Positions 15,580 to 25,633 of a stretch of 54,709 bases of DNA are shown here, piece after piece. Position numbers and translations under genes: made by a program. Source of the DNA: Candidatus Coatesbacteria bacterium. Lineage in GTDB: Bacteria; RBG-13-66-14; B26-G2; WVWN01. The stretch lies in assembly GCA_020356085.1 (NCBI GenBank), contig CP070633.1, forward strand, positions 1,336,863 to 1,391,571, given 5' to 3'. The notes under the pieces were generated by a model, which saw only the letters and a program-made list of their open reading frames with translations, was not told the origin of the DNA and made no database searches. The number at the start of each line of letters is the position of its first letter. The stretch's first letter is position 1.

Positions 15580-18500
15580 CTAACGCTTATCCGCCGGGTA
15601 TTCTTCGCGGATCGGGATCACAAGTTGGAACGTGGACCCCTCGCCGACGGCGGAGGAGACGATTATGCGGCCGCCGTGGGATTCGACGGCCCGCTTCGCG
15701 ATGGCCAAGCCCAAACCGGTCCCGCCGACGGCGCGAGTGGTGGAACTGTCGACTTGGTAGAACGTGGAGAAGATACTCTCCAATTGGTCGTCGGGGATGC
15801 CGGGACCGTCGTCGGCGACGGCGAACGTTATCTCCCCGTCCGCCAGGCGCGTCGACACTCGGACGTTCCCGCCGGCGGCGTTGAATTGGACGGCGTTTTT
15901 AATTAAGTTCCCGAGCGCACTGACGAGTAGGTTCGGGTCGGCGTACGTAATGGGGATCCCCTCCCCGGGTTCGTATTCCAAATAGATCTCGTTGTCCCGG
16001 GCCATGTCCCGATACGTCTCGACGGTGCCCTCTGCCAGTTCGCTGGCGTCGACTGGTTCCAGCCGAAGTTCCAACTCACGCGATTCGAGTAGGGAGAAGT
16101 CCAAGATGCTGTCGACGAGTTCGCGCAGGCGCCGGGCCTCTTTGTCGATGATACTCACGAACTGGAAATACGGGTACTGGGCGGCGTCGCCGTCGGCCAT
16201 GATGAGTTCGGAACTCCCGATAATGGAAGTCAACGGCGTGCGGAGTTCGTGGCTGACGTTAGCGATGAAATTCTCTTTTAAAAAAGCTAGTTCTTTAGCC
16301 TCCGTGACGTCGCGGAACGTGGCGACGTAGCCGACTTTTTCGCCGGCCGGGCTGGTGACGGCGTTGACTAGTACGCGGTAATAACTGACCGGCCCCTCGG
16401 CGCCGCGCGGGTTGACCGCGAATTCGAATTCGGCGACCTCCTGTTCGCGCAGGAGCCGCATCGCGTGCTCGAACGTTTCGTGGAGGGTCGGCGTTTCGAT
16501 AATCGAGCGGACGTGTCGGTTGGCGACGTCGCGCGCCTCCCGCCCCAACATCTTCTCGGCGGCCGGGTTAACCTCGATTACGCGCAGGCCGGGGTCGGTG
16601 ACGATGATGGCGTCCGTGATGCTGGCGAACGTCGCGTCCAATTTCCGGCGGTGTTCCTCGGCGATGGACATCGACGAGAGGACGCGGTCGAAGAGCCGCG
16701 CGTTCTCGATCGAGCCCGCGACCTGGCCGGCGAAGAGGGTGAGGAGTTGCAGGTCGCGGTCCGTGAAGATATCGCCTCCCAGCCGCCCCAACGTCATTAC
16801 GCCGATCGTCTCCTCCCGAGATACCAGCGGTACGCACAACAGCGACTCGCGGTCTTCGGACGGCGTGCCCGGCACGACCATCGAGCGCTGGTCGGCGCGG
16901 GCGTCGTTGACGTATTCCCCCAGGCCTGTTAAGGCGACGTGCCCCGTGATGCCTTCCCCCAATTTCAACCGGATTTTCATTACCTCTTCGGGATAGGCCG
17001 TAAGGCTGACGATGGGCTCCAGTACGCCGGCGTCGCGGTCGAGCAAGAAAACCGTACACTCGTCGGCGCCGATAAGGTCTTTTACTTTCTGGGCGATGTC
17101 GTAGATTATCTCCTCGGTATCGAGGGAGGAGGATACCGTCTTGGAGGTCTCGAGCAGCGTGACCAATTCCTCCATGCGGCTCGCGTTTTGGGAGAAGAGC
17201 TGCATGTTCTCGATGAATACCGAGATCTGGTCGCAGATCGTACGCAGTAATTCGGTATCCTCGACCTTGAATTTCGCGGCGTGCCAAGAGAACAACGTAA
17301 GCCGGCCGAGGACCTCCTTGAGGGCGACCAGCGGTACCGACAGGTACCCCGTCGGCCCGCCTTCCGCCGCGGGCGGCAAGCCGAACGGGTCGTCGTCTTC
17401 TTCGCTCTCGACCACGAAGATCCGCTGGGATAACAACGGCGCCGTACGCGCCTCGTCGATGGTGACGAGCGCCTCCCACGTTTCCTTCGAGCGGTCTTCC
17501 ACCCCGACGCTCGCCGTCAGCGAGAGCCGGTGGCGTTTGGCGTCGTACAGGTGGATGGCGCCGCCGGCGAGGCCGGCGAAAGCCGTGATCTTGTGCAAGC
17601 CGTTGGAGAGTAATTCCTCCAGCGGGGGGAGGCGGCTGGCTTCCGCCGCGATCGAACTGATTATCGACAGGTAATCGGTTTGACGGCGCACGTTTTCCAA
17701 ATACAAGAGATTCTCGACGCCGATCGCGGCCTGAAACGCGATCCCCTCGAAGAGCGAGAGTTCGGACTCCGAAACGGCCGGTGACCGGGCCTCCCACACC
17801 GCTAGTAAATACCCCAATAACCGTTCCGTTTTGCGCAACGGCGCGACGACCGCGGCCTGAGTATTGAAATGGGGGAGAAATTCCGCGAGCGACGGGTCGC
17901 CTTCCCCGACTTGGTCCCCGGCAACAAAGACTGGCTTGCTGCTGTTCGCCGCGCGGGCGAAGAGCGCGGCGGGGCCCAAGTCGAATTCGCCGGACCGCAG
18001 GGCCTTTTCGATCGGCTCCGGGAGACCCGCGGCCGATTTCAGGATTCGGGGTTTTTCCTCCCGATCGAGGAGAATCAAGGCCGCGGCGTCGGCGTCCATA
18101 ACGGTGGTCGTTTCCTCCGTAAGGAACTCCAAGGATTTGTCCAAGTCGACCGTTTGACTAATAATGTGGCTGATGTGGAGGAGCGTTTCGGCTTCTTGCG
18201 TAGATCGCTGCGCTTTTCCCAGGAGCTGGACGTTGTGAATCGCTACGGCCAATTGGCCGGCGAAGGTCCGGAGGATTTCGACGTCCTGGTTCGTAAGCGC
18301 GTCGCGGGCGTTCTCCTGGACGTCGAGTACGCCGACTACGTGGTCGCCGATTTTTATCGGGATGGCGACCTCCGACCGGGCCTCCCCGGGGATGGGGTCG
18401 GCCGCGTATCGAGGATCTTGGGTCGCGTCGTTCGTGAAAGCTACCTCCCCTTTCTCCCCGCACCACCCGACCAATCCCTGGCCGAACGGGATGGTGGGCG

Positions 18501-20256
18501 ACTTTCGCAAAGCCCGCTCGTAGGCCCCTTCCACGACGCTCGCCGTCAGCGTCCGCGGTTGTTCCGCGTCTACCAGGAATACGGCGACGTTGAAGTATTT
18601 AAAATGTTTGCGGATTGCGACGGCGGTGGTTCGGAGCAGACCGGGGAGGTCGTGGGCGGCCAGGATCTCTTTGCCGATCTCGCCGACCAACGCTAACTCG
18701 TTGGTGCGCTGTCGTTCCTCGCGGAGCAAGGCCGTGTTTTCGAGCGTAACGCCGATTTGGTCCGCCAACGTTTCCAACACCAACGCGTCGCTTTCTTCGA
18801 ACGCGTCCGTCCGGAGGCTTTGGAGGTCGAGGACCGCGGCCACCTCGCCGCGGCAGAGGATGGGAACGCACAACTCCGATTTGGTTTCCATCGTGGCCGG
18901 CGTAGCGTCGCGGAAGCGTTCCTCTTTCGATACGTCGTTGACCAGGACGGGGCGCTTTTGCGTGGCCGCGACGCCGAGTAAACCCTCGCCGAGGCGCTGG
19001 CGGTAGCCTACCGGGAGATGGTCGGCGTAACCGCCGACGATAGTCTCCAGGAACAGCTCGCCCCGTCGCGTGTCGACGGAGTATACGGCCACGTTGTAGT
19101 AGTTGAATTTATTTTTCAGGGCCGTCGCGATTTCACTGTAGAGCTCTTGAGTGGAGGTCGCGCGGAGCGCGCGCTTCCCGATGGCGTTGATTAAGCTCAG
19201 CTGGAGCGCGCGTTTTTTTTCGGTTTCCAAATGGCGCGCCGTCTCGACCGCTACGCCCGCGTAGGCCGCCAACGATTTGACGAACGCCACGTCCTCGGGT
19301 TCGAAAGCGTTCCGGCGTTCGTGGGCTAAGCTGACGGCGCCGACGATTTTTTCCCCGGCGGCTATCGGTACGGCCAGCAGCGAACCGCTCCGGGCCTCCC
19401 CGGATATACGCGTATCGGTTTGGGCGGCAGCATCGGAAACGTGAAACGGTTTTCCCGTGCGGAGCACGCGGTAGGCTAGCGTTTCGCGGACCGTCTCGGC
19501 GGCCAGTTGGGCCTCTTCGGCGGAGTACCCCCGGGCGGCGATTTGCCGAACGACGTCCTGGGCGGAGTCGTAGTAATAGACGGCGCCGCGTTCGAAGGCT
19601 ACGCCTTTTTCAATTTCCTCCAACAAGCGCTGGAGAGGCGTAGCCACGTCCTCGGCGGCGATGAGTTCGGGCGCGGCGTTGATGACGCGGCGGAGTTGTT
19701 TGTTCTGCCACAAAAGGCGTTCGAACTCCGCGCTGGAACTTTCCCGCGCGGCGATCTCCGCCAGCGCTACGGCGATATCCTCCGCGAACGAGCGGCAAAT
19801 ACTCTCGTCTTCGGGCGAGAACCCCCCGGCCGCGGCGTTTTTTATTACGACGGTGGCCCCCGTCACGACGCCGTCCGTCTTGAGGGGTACGGCCAACAAC
19901 GGCTGGCCCGCGTAACTTTCGAGGAGGGGGATCCCCGCGAGATCCTCCGCCGAGGCCGCGGGGTAATTGAGTACGCGGCCGGTTTCGAGAGTTTTACCGA
20001 CGGTGTTGTCGTTGGCCAGGGGGAGCGTCAGTTGGCGAAATTTCCCCGATTTCCGGGTCGTAAGGGCGACGTCAACCTCGCCCTTCCCTTCCCGCGTGAA
20101 TACCGCGCACACGTCGGCCTCGAAGAAATCGAGTAAGCCGTTGGTTACGAGGGGGAAAAGCTCAGCGCGTGTACCGGCTTGGCGGAGGCGCTTCCTTAAG
20201 CGCCGGCCGTCTTCCGATATTTCGGAGGGTTGATTATTGTCGTGGCCGTTAGGCAT
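15580..20256 (-). CDS. Soluble multi-GAF / PAS sensor histidine kinase (1558 aa)
   Basis: No TM segment. A string of GAF-like modules, one PAS (FASITDAIIVTD...). H-box FIANVSHELRTPL, N-box NLIKNAVQFN, G1 DDGPGIP, G2 GGTGLGLAIAK. Confidence 0.85.
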   Translation of the reverse strand: MPNGHDNNQPSEISEDGRRLRKRLRQAGTRAELFPLVTNGLLDFFEADVCAVFTREGKGEVDVALTTRKSGKFRQLTLPLANDNTVGKTLETGRVLNYPAASAEDLAGIPLLESYAGQPLLAVPLKTDGVVTGATVVIKNAAAGGFSPEDESICRSFAEDIAVALAEIAARESSSAEFERLLWQNKQLRRVINAAPELIAAEDVATPLQRLLEEIEKGVAFERGAVYYYDSAQDVVRQIAARGYSAEEAQLAAETVRETLAYRVLRTGKPFHVSDAAAQTDTRISGEARSGSLLAVPIAAGEKIVGAVSLAHERRNAFEPEDVAFVKSLAAYAGVAVETARHLETEKKRALQLSLINAIGKRALRATSTQELYSEIATALKNKFNYYNVAVYSVDTRRGELFLETIVGGYADHLPVGYRQRLGEGLLGVAATQKRPVLVNDVSKEERFRDATPATMETKSELCVPILCRGEVAAVLDLQSLRTDAFEESDALVLETLADQIGVTLENTALLREERQRTNELALVGEIGKEILAAHDLPGLLRTTAVAIRKHFKYFNVAVFLVDAEQPRTLTASVVEGAYERALRKSPTIPFGQGLVGWCGEKGEVAFTNDATQDPRYAADPIPGEARSEVAIPIKIGDHVVGVLDVQENARDALTNQDVEILRTFAGQLAVAIHNVQLLGKAQRSTQEAETLLHISHIISQTVDLDKSLEFLTEETTTVMDADAAALILLDREEKPRILKSAAGLPEPIEKALRSGEFDLGPAALFARAANSSKPVFVAGDQVGEGDPSLAEFLPHFNTQAAVVAPLRKTERLLGYLLAVWEARSPAVSESELSLFEGIAFQAAIGVENLLYLENVRRQTDYLSIISSIAAEASRLPPLEELLSNGLHKITAFAGLAGGAIHLYDAKRHRLSLTASVGVEDRSKETWEALVTIDEARTAPLLSQRIFVVESEEDDDPFGLPPAAEGGPTGYLSVPLVALKEVLGRLTLFSWHAAKFKVEDTELLRTICDQISVFIENMQLFSQNASRMEELVTLLETSKTVSSSLDTEEIIYDIAQKVKDLIGADECTVFLLDRDAGVLEPIVSLTAYPEEVMKIRLKLGEGITGHVALTGLGEYVNDARADQRSMVVPGTPSEDRESLLCVPLVSREETIGVMTLGRLGGDIFTDRDLQLLTLFAGQVAGSIENARLFDRVLSSMSIAEEHRRKLDATFASITDAIIVTDPGLRVIEVNPAAEKMLGREARDVANRHVRSIIETPTLHETFEHAMRLLREQEVAEFEFAVNPRGAEGPVSYYRVLVNAVTSPAGEKVGYVATFRDVTEAKELAFLKENFIANVSHELRTPLTSIIGSSELIMADGDAAQYPYFQFVSIIDKEARRLRELVDSILDFSLLESRELELRLEPVDASELAEGTVETYRDMARDNEIYLEYEPGEGIPITYADPNLLVSALGNLIKNAVQFNAAGGNVRVSTRLADGEITFAVADDGPGIPDDQLESIFSTFYQVDSSTTRAVGGTGLGLAIAKRAVESHGGRIIVSSAVGEGSTFQLVIPIREEYPADKR

Positions 20257-20281
20257 ACCAAATATAGACCCTCACTTGTAT

Positions 20282-20309
20282 ATTTTACCTCCGTCGCCGA
20301 AAATATCAA
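20282..20309 (-). promoter_or_regulatory. Promoter-like element for the histidine kinase gene
   Basis: Minus strand reads TTGATA (20309-20304), 16-nt spacer, TAAAAT (20287-20282), about 25 nt upstream of ATG 20256. Confidence 0.4.
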
Positions 20310-20514
20310 GTTTTAATTTTAAAGTCGGCGCCTCCGGCCGCCGGCCGGAAGGTGCCCCCTCCTCGGCGCGGCTTGCTCGCCGCCGCCTCCTTCGGCGTTG
20401 TAGCCGGTCGGCCGCGGCGTAAAAGCGAAATGACTTGATTTCCGTACATTTAAAGTATAACATAGGCGTTCCTTGTGCAATCGGATTCGTTCTTTTCGGC
20501 TAGGAGGCGCGAGC

Positions 20515-22005
20515 GTGTCGCATCATTTTAATAACTATATTGCGGGCGAGTGGAGAGCGGCGAAGTCCGGCCAAACCGTCGAGAACCGAAACCCGGCCGA
20601 CGCCGACGACGCAATCGGCGCGTTCCCGGATTCGTCGGCGGAGGATTTAAACGAGGCGGTCGCGGCGGCACGAGAGGCTTTCGAGGCGTGGAGGAAAGTG
20701 CCGGCTCCCCTCCGCGCGTTGAAAGTCCAACGGGCGGGCGAGCTAATGCGCGAGCGGAAAGAAGACATCTCCCGCCAGATGACGCGCGAGATGGGCAAGG
20801 TTATCGCGGAAACGCGCGGCGATACTCAGGAGGGAATCGACACTGCGTTTTATATGGCGGGCGAGGGCCGGCGTCTCTTCGGCGTTACGACGCCGGTGGA
20901 ACTGCCCAATAAGTTCGGCATGGCCGTCCGGCGGCCCGTAGGCGTGGCCGGGCTCATAACGCCGTGGAACTTCCCGATGGCCATCCCAACCTGGAAAGTT
21001 TTCCCGGCACTCGTCGCGGGAAATACGGTTATAATCAAACCGGCGACCTATACGCCGGCGACGGTTTGCGAGTTGGGATCGATCCTGGAAGAGGCCGGTG
21101 TACCCTCCGGCGTTTTCAATATCGTATGCGGTCGGGGGTCTACGGTGGGCGAGGCCATGCTCCACCACAACGAGATCAACGTCCTTTCGTTTACGGGCTC
21201 GAGCGCGGTGGGGAGGCGGATCAACGAAGTCGGCGGAAAAACGCTCAAGCGCGTGTCGTTGGAGCTGGGCGGCAAAAACGCGCAAATCGTCCTGGCCGAC
21301 GCGGACCTCGACCTCGCGCTGGAGGGCGTACTCTGGGGCGCCTACGGGACCACCGGCCAGCGGTGCACCGCGACCAGCCGGCTTATTTTAGAGGAAACGA
21401 TCCACGATCGGATGGTCCAAATGCTCGTCGACGCCGCCGCGAAACTGAAACTCGGCAACGGCCTGGACGAATCCGTGCAGGTCGGGCCGCTGGTGAGCGC
21501 CGAGCAGCGCGAGACCGTACACTCTTACGTCGAAATCGGCCGAGAAGAGGGCGCGGAGCTCGCGCTGGGGGGCGAGTATTACGAGGAGGGCGACTGCGCC
21601 CGCGGGTATTTTTACCGCCCCACTGTTTTCGTCGGCGTAACGCCGACGATGCGGATCGCGCAGGAAGAGATCTTCGGCCCCGTCCTGTCGGTGTTCAAGG
21701 TGAAGGATGCCGAGGAGGCGATGCGGGTCCTCAACGACTCCTCTTACGGCCTGTCCAGCTCCATCTATACGCGCGACGTTAACCTCGCGTTCAAGGCCAT
21801 CGAAGACCTGGACGCCGGCATAACGTACGTCAACGGTCCGACTATCGGCGCGGAGGTTCACCTCCCGTTCGGGGGCGTCAAAGATACCGGGAACGGCCAC
21901 CGCGAGGGCTCGTTCACCGTCTTCGACGTCTTCACCGAGTGGAAATCGGTGTACGTCGATTATTCGGGCCGATTGCAGCGGGCGCAGATCGACGTGGAGG
22001 AATGA
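20515..22005 (+). CDS. NAD(P)-dependent aldehyde dehydrogenase family protein
   Basis: AGGAGG (20502-20507) precedes GTG 20515 ([13 protein letters not shown]...). Catalytic motifs [10 protein letters not shown] and [10 protein letters not shown]. The ORF-track TTG start at 20473 is probably too early. Confidence 0.85.
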   Translation: MSHHFNNYIAGEWRAAKSGQTVENRNPADADDAIGAFPDSSAEDLNEAVAAAREAFEAWRKVPAPLRALKVQRAGELMRERKEDISRQMTREMGKVIAETRGDTQEGIDTAFYMAGEGRRLFGVTTPVELPNKFGMAVRRPVGVAGLITPWNFPMAIPTWKVFPALVAGNTVIIKPATYTPATVCELGSILEEAGVPSGVFNIVCGRGSTVGEAMLHHNEINVLSFTGSSAVGRRINEVGGKTLKRVSLELGGKNAQIVLADADLDLALEGVLWGAYGTTGQRCTATSRLILEETIHDRMVQMLVDAAAKLKLGNGLDESVQVGPLVSAEQRETVHSYVEIGREEGAELALGGEYYEEGDCARGYFYRPTVFVGVTPTMRIAQEEIFGPVLSVFKVKDAEEAMRVLNDSSYGLSSSIYTRDVNLAFKAIEDLDAGITYVNGPTIGAEVHLPFGGVKDTGNGHREGSFTVFDVFTEWKSVYVDYSGRLQRAQIDVEE

Positions 22006-22037
22006 TACCTTCCGTCGAGGCCGCAAGCTATCCGAAC

Positions 22038-22056
22038 GGGGCGGCCGAACCGCCCC
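22038..22056 (+). terminator. Hairpin downstream of the aldehyde dehydrogenase gene (weak terminator candidate)
   Basis: GGGGCGG / CCGCCCC 7-bp stem with a 5-nt loop. Only a poor U-tract follows (GTCTCGTT). Confidence 0.3.
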
Positions 22057-22081
22057 GTCTCGTTAGCGGGGGAACGCCGTC

Positions 22082-23344
22082 GTGGACGTATTCATATTTC
22101 TAACGGATCTTCGGGGCCGACGGGTGCACGACGCCGCGGGCCGGAAGCTGGGCCGCGTCGTCGACTTCGCGGCCTCCGTCGGCGAGATGTATCCCCGGGT
22201 GGGCCATTTCGTGTATCGCCGCCGCGGTTCGCGGAGGCGGGTCCGGTTCCCGTGGGAGGCGATAGCGAGGCTGGAGTCCGCGGGGGTTTTTCTACAAGCC
22301 GGCGGCGAAGATAGTCTGACGCCGTTCGAGCGGGGGGCGGAGGAGGTACTGCTGGTCGCCGACCTGTTGGACAAACAGGTGGTTGACGTCAACGGCGCCA
22401 AGGTCGAACGCGTCAACGACATCCACTTGTTGAATACGGAACGCGATTTGCGCGTGGTCCACGTCGACGTCGGCCTACGCGGTGTCTTCCGTCGCCTCGG
22501 CCTGCTGGCGGCATTCGACGCCGTGACGCGTTGGCTGTTCGACTACACGATCAAGGAACGGTTCGTCAACTGGCGGTTCGTCCAACCGGTGGGCGAGCGG
22601 CTCGCTCACCCCTCGTTGCAGTTGACGGTCGCGGGCCGCGGCCTGAGTTCGCTCCACCCGGCGGACTTGGCGGACATCATCGAGGATTTGCCGCAACCGG
22701 AGCGGGCGGCGGTATTCGCGGCGCTCGACGACGAAACGGCCGCGGTAATCCTGGAGGAGGTGGACGAGCCGGAGATGGCCGTCGATTTGCTCGAAACGGT
22801 TGGGGAGGAGCGCGCCGGCGATATCATCGAGGAGATGGACCCGGACGAGGCCGCCGACGTACTAGCGGAGTTTGATACGGAGCAGGCGGGCGAGTTGATC
22901 GACGCGATGGAGGATCCGGAGTTGGCGGAGGATTTACGGGAACTTCTAGCCCAGGAGGAAGGCACGGCCGGCGGCCTGATGACCACCGAGTACTTGGCGC
23001 TCGCGCCGGAGGAGCCGGTGGGGCAGGTTCTTAAGACCTTAAAGGTCGAGGAGGACCTGGAGGCGTATTATTACGTTTACGTCGTCGACGCGGAGGAGAA
23101 ACTAGTCGGCGTATTTTCGCTTCGGGACGCGTTACTCGCGAAGCGGGCGACGCCGGCGGCGGCGTTGATGAGCGAACGGGTGGTCGCGGCGCACCTCGAC
23201 GACCGGCCGGAGCGCATATTCGAGTTGTTCGGCAAGTACGGGTTCGCGGCGCTGCCCGTCGTCGACGAGGGCCAACGGCTCAAGGGCGTAATCATGTTGT
23301 ACGACGCGGTAGCGGCGAAGTACCCGGAGTTCGAGAGGGAATAG
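22082..23344 (+). CDS. Cytosolic PRC-barrel + MgtE_N + CBS-pair protein (MgtE soluble part without the membrane domain)
   Basis: Acidic MgtE_N-like helices (HPADLADIIEDLPQPERAAVFAALDDETAAVILEEVDEPE...), then a CBS pair (MTTEYLALAPEE..., VVAAHLDD...ALPVVDEGQRLKGVI). No TM helices. Confidence 0.75.
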   Translation: MDVFIFLTDLRGRRVHDAAGRKLGRVVDFAASVGEMYPRVGHFVYRRRGSRRRVRFPWEAIARLESAGVFLQAGGEDSLTPFERGAEEVLLVADLLDKQVVDVNGAKVERVNDIHLLNTERDLRVVHVDVGLRGVFRRLGLLAAFDAVTRWLFDYTIKERFVNWRFVQPVGERLAHPSLQLTVAGRGLSSLHPADLADIIEDLPQPERAAVFAALDDETAAVILEEVDEPEMAVDLLETVGEERAGDIIEEMDPDEAADVLAEFDTEQAGELIDAMEDPELAEDLRELLAQEEGTAGGLMTTEYLALAPEEPVGQVLKTLKVEEDLEAYYYVYVVDAEEKLVGVFSLRDALLAKRATPAAALMSERVVAAHLDDRPERIFELFGKYGFAALPVVDEGQRLKGVIMLYDAVAAKYPEFERE

Positions 23345-23345
23345 C

Positions 23346-24602
23346 GTGGCGTTGAATTTTAAACCCCGGAGTTGGCTCATTCCCCGCGTTAAGGGGTTGG
23401 CGTTGTTCTTGGCGGTGTTAGGGCCGGGAATCATAACGTCCAACGTCGACAACGACGCCGGCGGGATCGCGACGTATTCGATTTGCGGCGCCCAGTACGG
23501 GTACGCGATGTTGTGGGCCTTCATCCCGATAACCCTCTTCCTGATCGTCGTCCAGGAGATGGGGCTCCGGATGGGCGTCGTTACCGGCAAGGGGCTGTCG
23601 GACCTAATCCGAGAGCGGTTCGGCGTTCGCGTTACGTTCTATTTGATGTTCGCGATGCTCATCATCAACCTGGGCAATACGGTGGCCGAGTTCGCCGGGG
23701 TGGCGGCCAGCCTCGGCCTGGTCGGCGTGAGCAAGTATATCGCCGTACCGGCGGCCGCGGCCGCGATCTGGCTGCTGGTCGTAAAGTGGAATTATAAGCG
23801 CGTCGAGAAGCTGTTCCTAACCGCCTGCCTAGTTTACGTTTCGTACATCGTCGCGGGATTTATTGCGCGGCCTGATTGGGGCGAGGTGGGAGCCGGACTC
23901 GCCTTCCCGGAGGTCGCGTGGGAGGGCTCGTATTTCGCTATGCTCGTTGCGCTCGTCGGGACGACGGTCACGCCGTGGATGCAGTTCTACCTGCAGGCCG
24001 CAGTGGTCGAAAAGGGCGTTAAGATCTCCGAATATCGGCTCTCGCGGTGGGACGTCACCATCGGCTCGATCGTCGTGAGCGCCGTCGCCTTTTTCATCGT
24101 CGTAGTATGCGGCGCGACGTTGTTCCCGGGGGGGATAGAGGTAACCGACGCCGCCGACGCCGCCCAAGCGCTGCGGCCGCTGGCGGGGCAATACGCCTCG
24201 TTCCTCTTCGGCTTCGGCTTACTCAATGCCTCCCTCTTCGCCGCCTCTATCTTGCCGCTCTCGACGGCGTTCTTCATCTCGGAGGCTTTTGGGTGGGAGG
24301 CGGGCGTCGATAAGAAGTTCTCCGAGGCGCCGGGTTTTTATTCGTTGTTCACGGTAATTATAGTGGTCGGCGCGCTCGCCGTATTGTGGCCCGGGGCGCC
24401 GCTGTTCGCGATAATGTACTGGTCGCAGGTCGTTAACGGCGTCGCGCTCCCCGTCGTCATCCTCTGCATGTTGGTTTTGATAAACGACCGGCGGCTAATG
24501 GGCAACTACGTCAATACGCCGCTCCAAAACATATTTTCCGGGGCGACGGCGTTCGTCCTTACGGCGCTGTCGCTGCTCTTGATCGGCATCGCCGTTTTCT
24601 AG
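23346..24602 (+). CDS. Nramp-family transporter with a non-canonical metal site (NRMT-like; possible Mg2+ transporter)
   Basis: GPGIITSNVDNDAGGIATY replaces the canonical ...DPGN... TM1 motif. GTTVTPWMQFYL replaces the GAxIMPHxxYL TM6 motif. GTG start lies 1 nt after the stop of the preceding gene. Confidence 0.75.
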   Translation: MALNFKPRSWLIPRVKGLALFLAVLGPGIITSNVDNDAGGIATYSICGAQYGYAMLWAFIPITLFLIVVQEMGLRMGVVTGKGLSDLIRERFGVRVTFYLMFAMLIINLGNTVAEFAGVAASLGLVGVSKYIAVPAAAAAIWLLVVKWNYKRVEKLFLTACLVYVSYIVAGFIARPDWGEVGAGLAFPEVAWEGSYFAMLVALVGTTVTPWMQFYLQAAVVEKGVKISEYRLSRWDVTIGSIVVSAVAFFIVVVCGATLFPGGIEVTDAADAAQALRPLAGQYASFLFGFGLLNASLFAASILPLSTAFFISEAFGWEAGVDKKFSEAPGFYSLFTVIIVVGALAVLWPGAPLFAIMYWSQVVNGVALPVVILCMLVLINDRRLMGNYVNTPLQNIFSGATAFVLTALSLLLIGIAVF

Positions 24603-24604
24603 CC

Positions 24605-25597
24605 GTGGCCGAGCTGCCGCACACCCTCCCGCGGGAATGGGCGGAGAAGTTTACCGCCGACCCGGCGCGGTGGCTCATGCGGGCGCGGTCGCCGGTGGTC
24701 CGGTACCGGGCGGCGGTGGACTTGCTGGGGTGGCCGGCGGAAGCGCCAAAGGCCGCCGCGCTCTGGGAGGTCCGACACACCGACGCCGACGTCGCCGCCG
24801 TAACCGCCGCCCAGGGCGACGACGGCTTGTGGCGCGCGCCGGCGGCGTTTTACCTCCGGCAGGAGTCCGTGTTTACGCCGCGCTACCTCGCCTCCGTCTG
24901 GCAGTTGCCGTTGTGGGCCGATTTCGGCTTTACGCTGGCCGAGCCGGCCGTAGCCCGCGCGGCGGAGGCGTTCCTGGCGTGCCGGACGGCCGACGGGTCG
25001 TTCGAAATGCCGCCGCCTCGGTTGTCCGTTGCGGGTACCGCGTTCGCCGTAAGCGCGCTCGCGGCGCTGGGCGTGCCCCGGGCGGAACTGGCGGGCGCGT
25101 GCGCCTGGCTCGCCGCCCGCCAGCGTCCCGACGGCGGGTGGGCGGAGCCGCTCGAAATCGCCGGGGAGGGGGCGCCGAGCCCGGTCGGCACGACGGCGGA
25201 GGTAGTGCGGGCGTTGGCTGGAGAGGAGCAGACGGCGGCCGCCGGGAGGCGCTACCTTCTCGGGTGCCTCTTTACCGATTACAACGGAAGATTTGCCGCT
25301 TCCGATCGGCCGTGGTACCGCCTCAGTTGGCCGCAGTATCGGTACGACGCGCTGAGCGTGGCGACGGCGCTGGTCGCGGCCGGGGCTTCGCGGGAGGAAG
25401 TCGCGCCGTTGGCGGAGGCGGTGCGGGCGCTCCAAACGCGGCGAGGCTTTTGGCGGCAGCAGGTCCCTTTCGGCGAGCAGTGCTGGATAACGCCGGTGCG
25501 GGCGGGGCGCGCCTCCCGGTGGGTGACGTACAAGGCGACGTCGTTCCTTCTGTGGTATTACGGCCGGGAGCGCGAAAGGGATTGCGAGGTTAAGTAA
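24605..25597 (+). CDS. Prenyltransferase / terpene-cyclase-like alpha-alpha toroid repeat protein
   Basis: Repeated motifs AAQGDDGLWRA, CRTADGSFEM, ARQRPDGGWAEP. This frame was chosen over two fully overlapping ORFs because of its G/C-rich third codon positions and these motifs. Confidence 0.5.
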   Translation: MAELPHTLPREWAEKFTADPARWLMRARSPVVRYRAAVDLLGWPAEAPKAAALWEVRHTDADVAAVTAAQGDDGLWRAPAAFYLRQESVFTPRYLASVWQLPLWADFGFTLAEPAVARAAEAFLACRTADGSFEMPPPRLSVAGTAFAVSALAALGVPRAELAGACAWLAARQRPDGGWAEPLEIAGEGAPSPVGTTAEVVRALAGEEQTAAAGRRYLLGCLFTDYNGRFAASDRPWYRLSWPQYRYDALSVATALVAAGASREEVAPLAEAVRALQTRRGFWRQQVPFGEQCWITPVRAGRASRWVTYKATSFLLWYYGRERERDCEVK

Positions 25598-25633
25598 TAT
25601 CAATTATAATCGGCGTTTGTAGCGGAGCGTATT

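Noticed and set aside
20272-20463. A 63-aa minus-strand ORF in the kinase / aldehyde dehydrogenase intergenic region
   Set aside because: It has no SD and an Arg-rich low-complexity translation. It spans the promoter-like elements of both flanking genes, so it is most likely non-coding.
24599-25603. Three nearly full-length overlapping ORFs (334 aa minus strand, 330 aa and 318 aa plus strand) over the same 1 kb
   Set aside because: This is a typical high-GC artefact. Only the 24605..25597 frame has G/C-rich third codon positions and recognisable repeat motifs. The other two translate to Arg/Gly/Pro-rich low-complexity sequence. The same reasoning discards other shadow ORFs in the track, such as 168..1034, 3350..4177, 5528..6406, 16568..17797, 30686..31942, 38314..39339, 39457..40881, 46440..47585 and 48586..50040.
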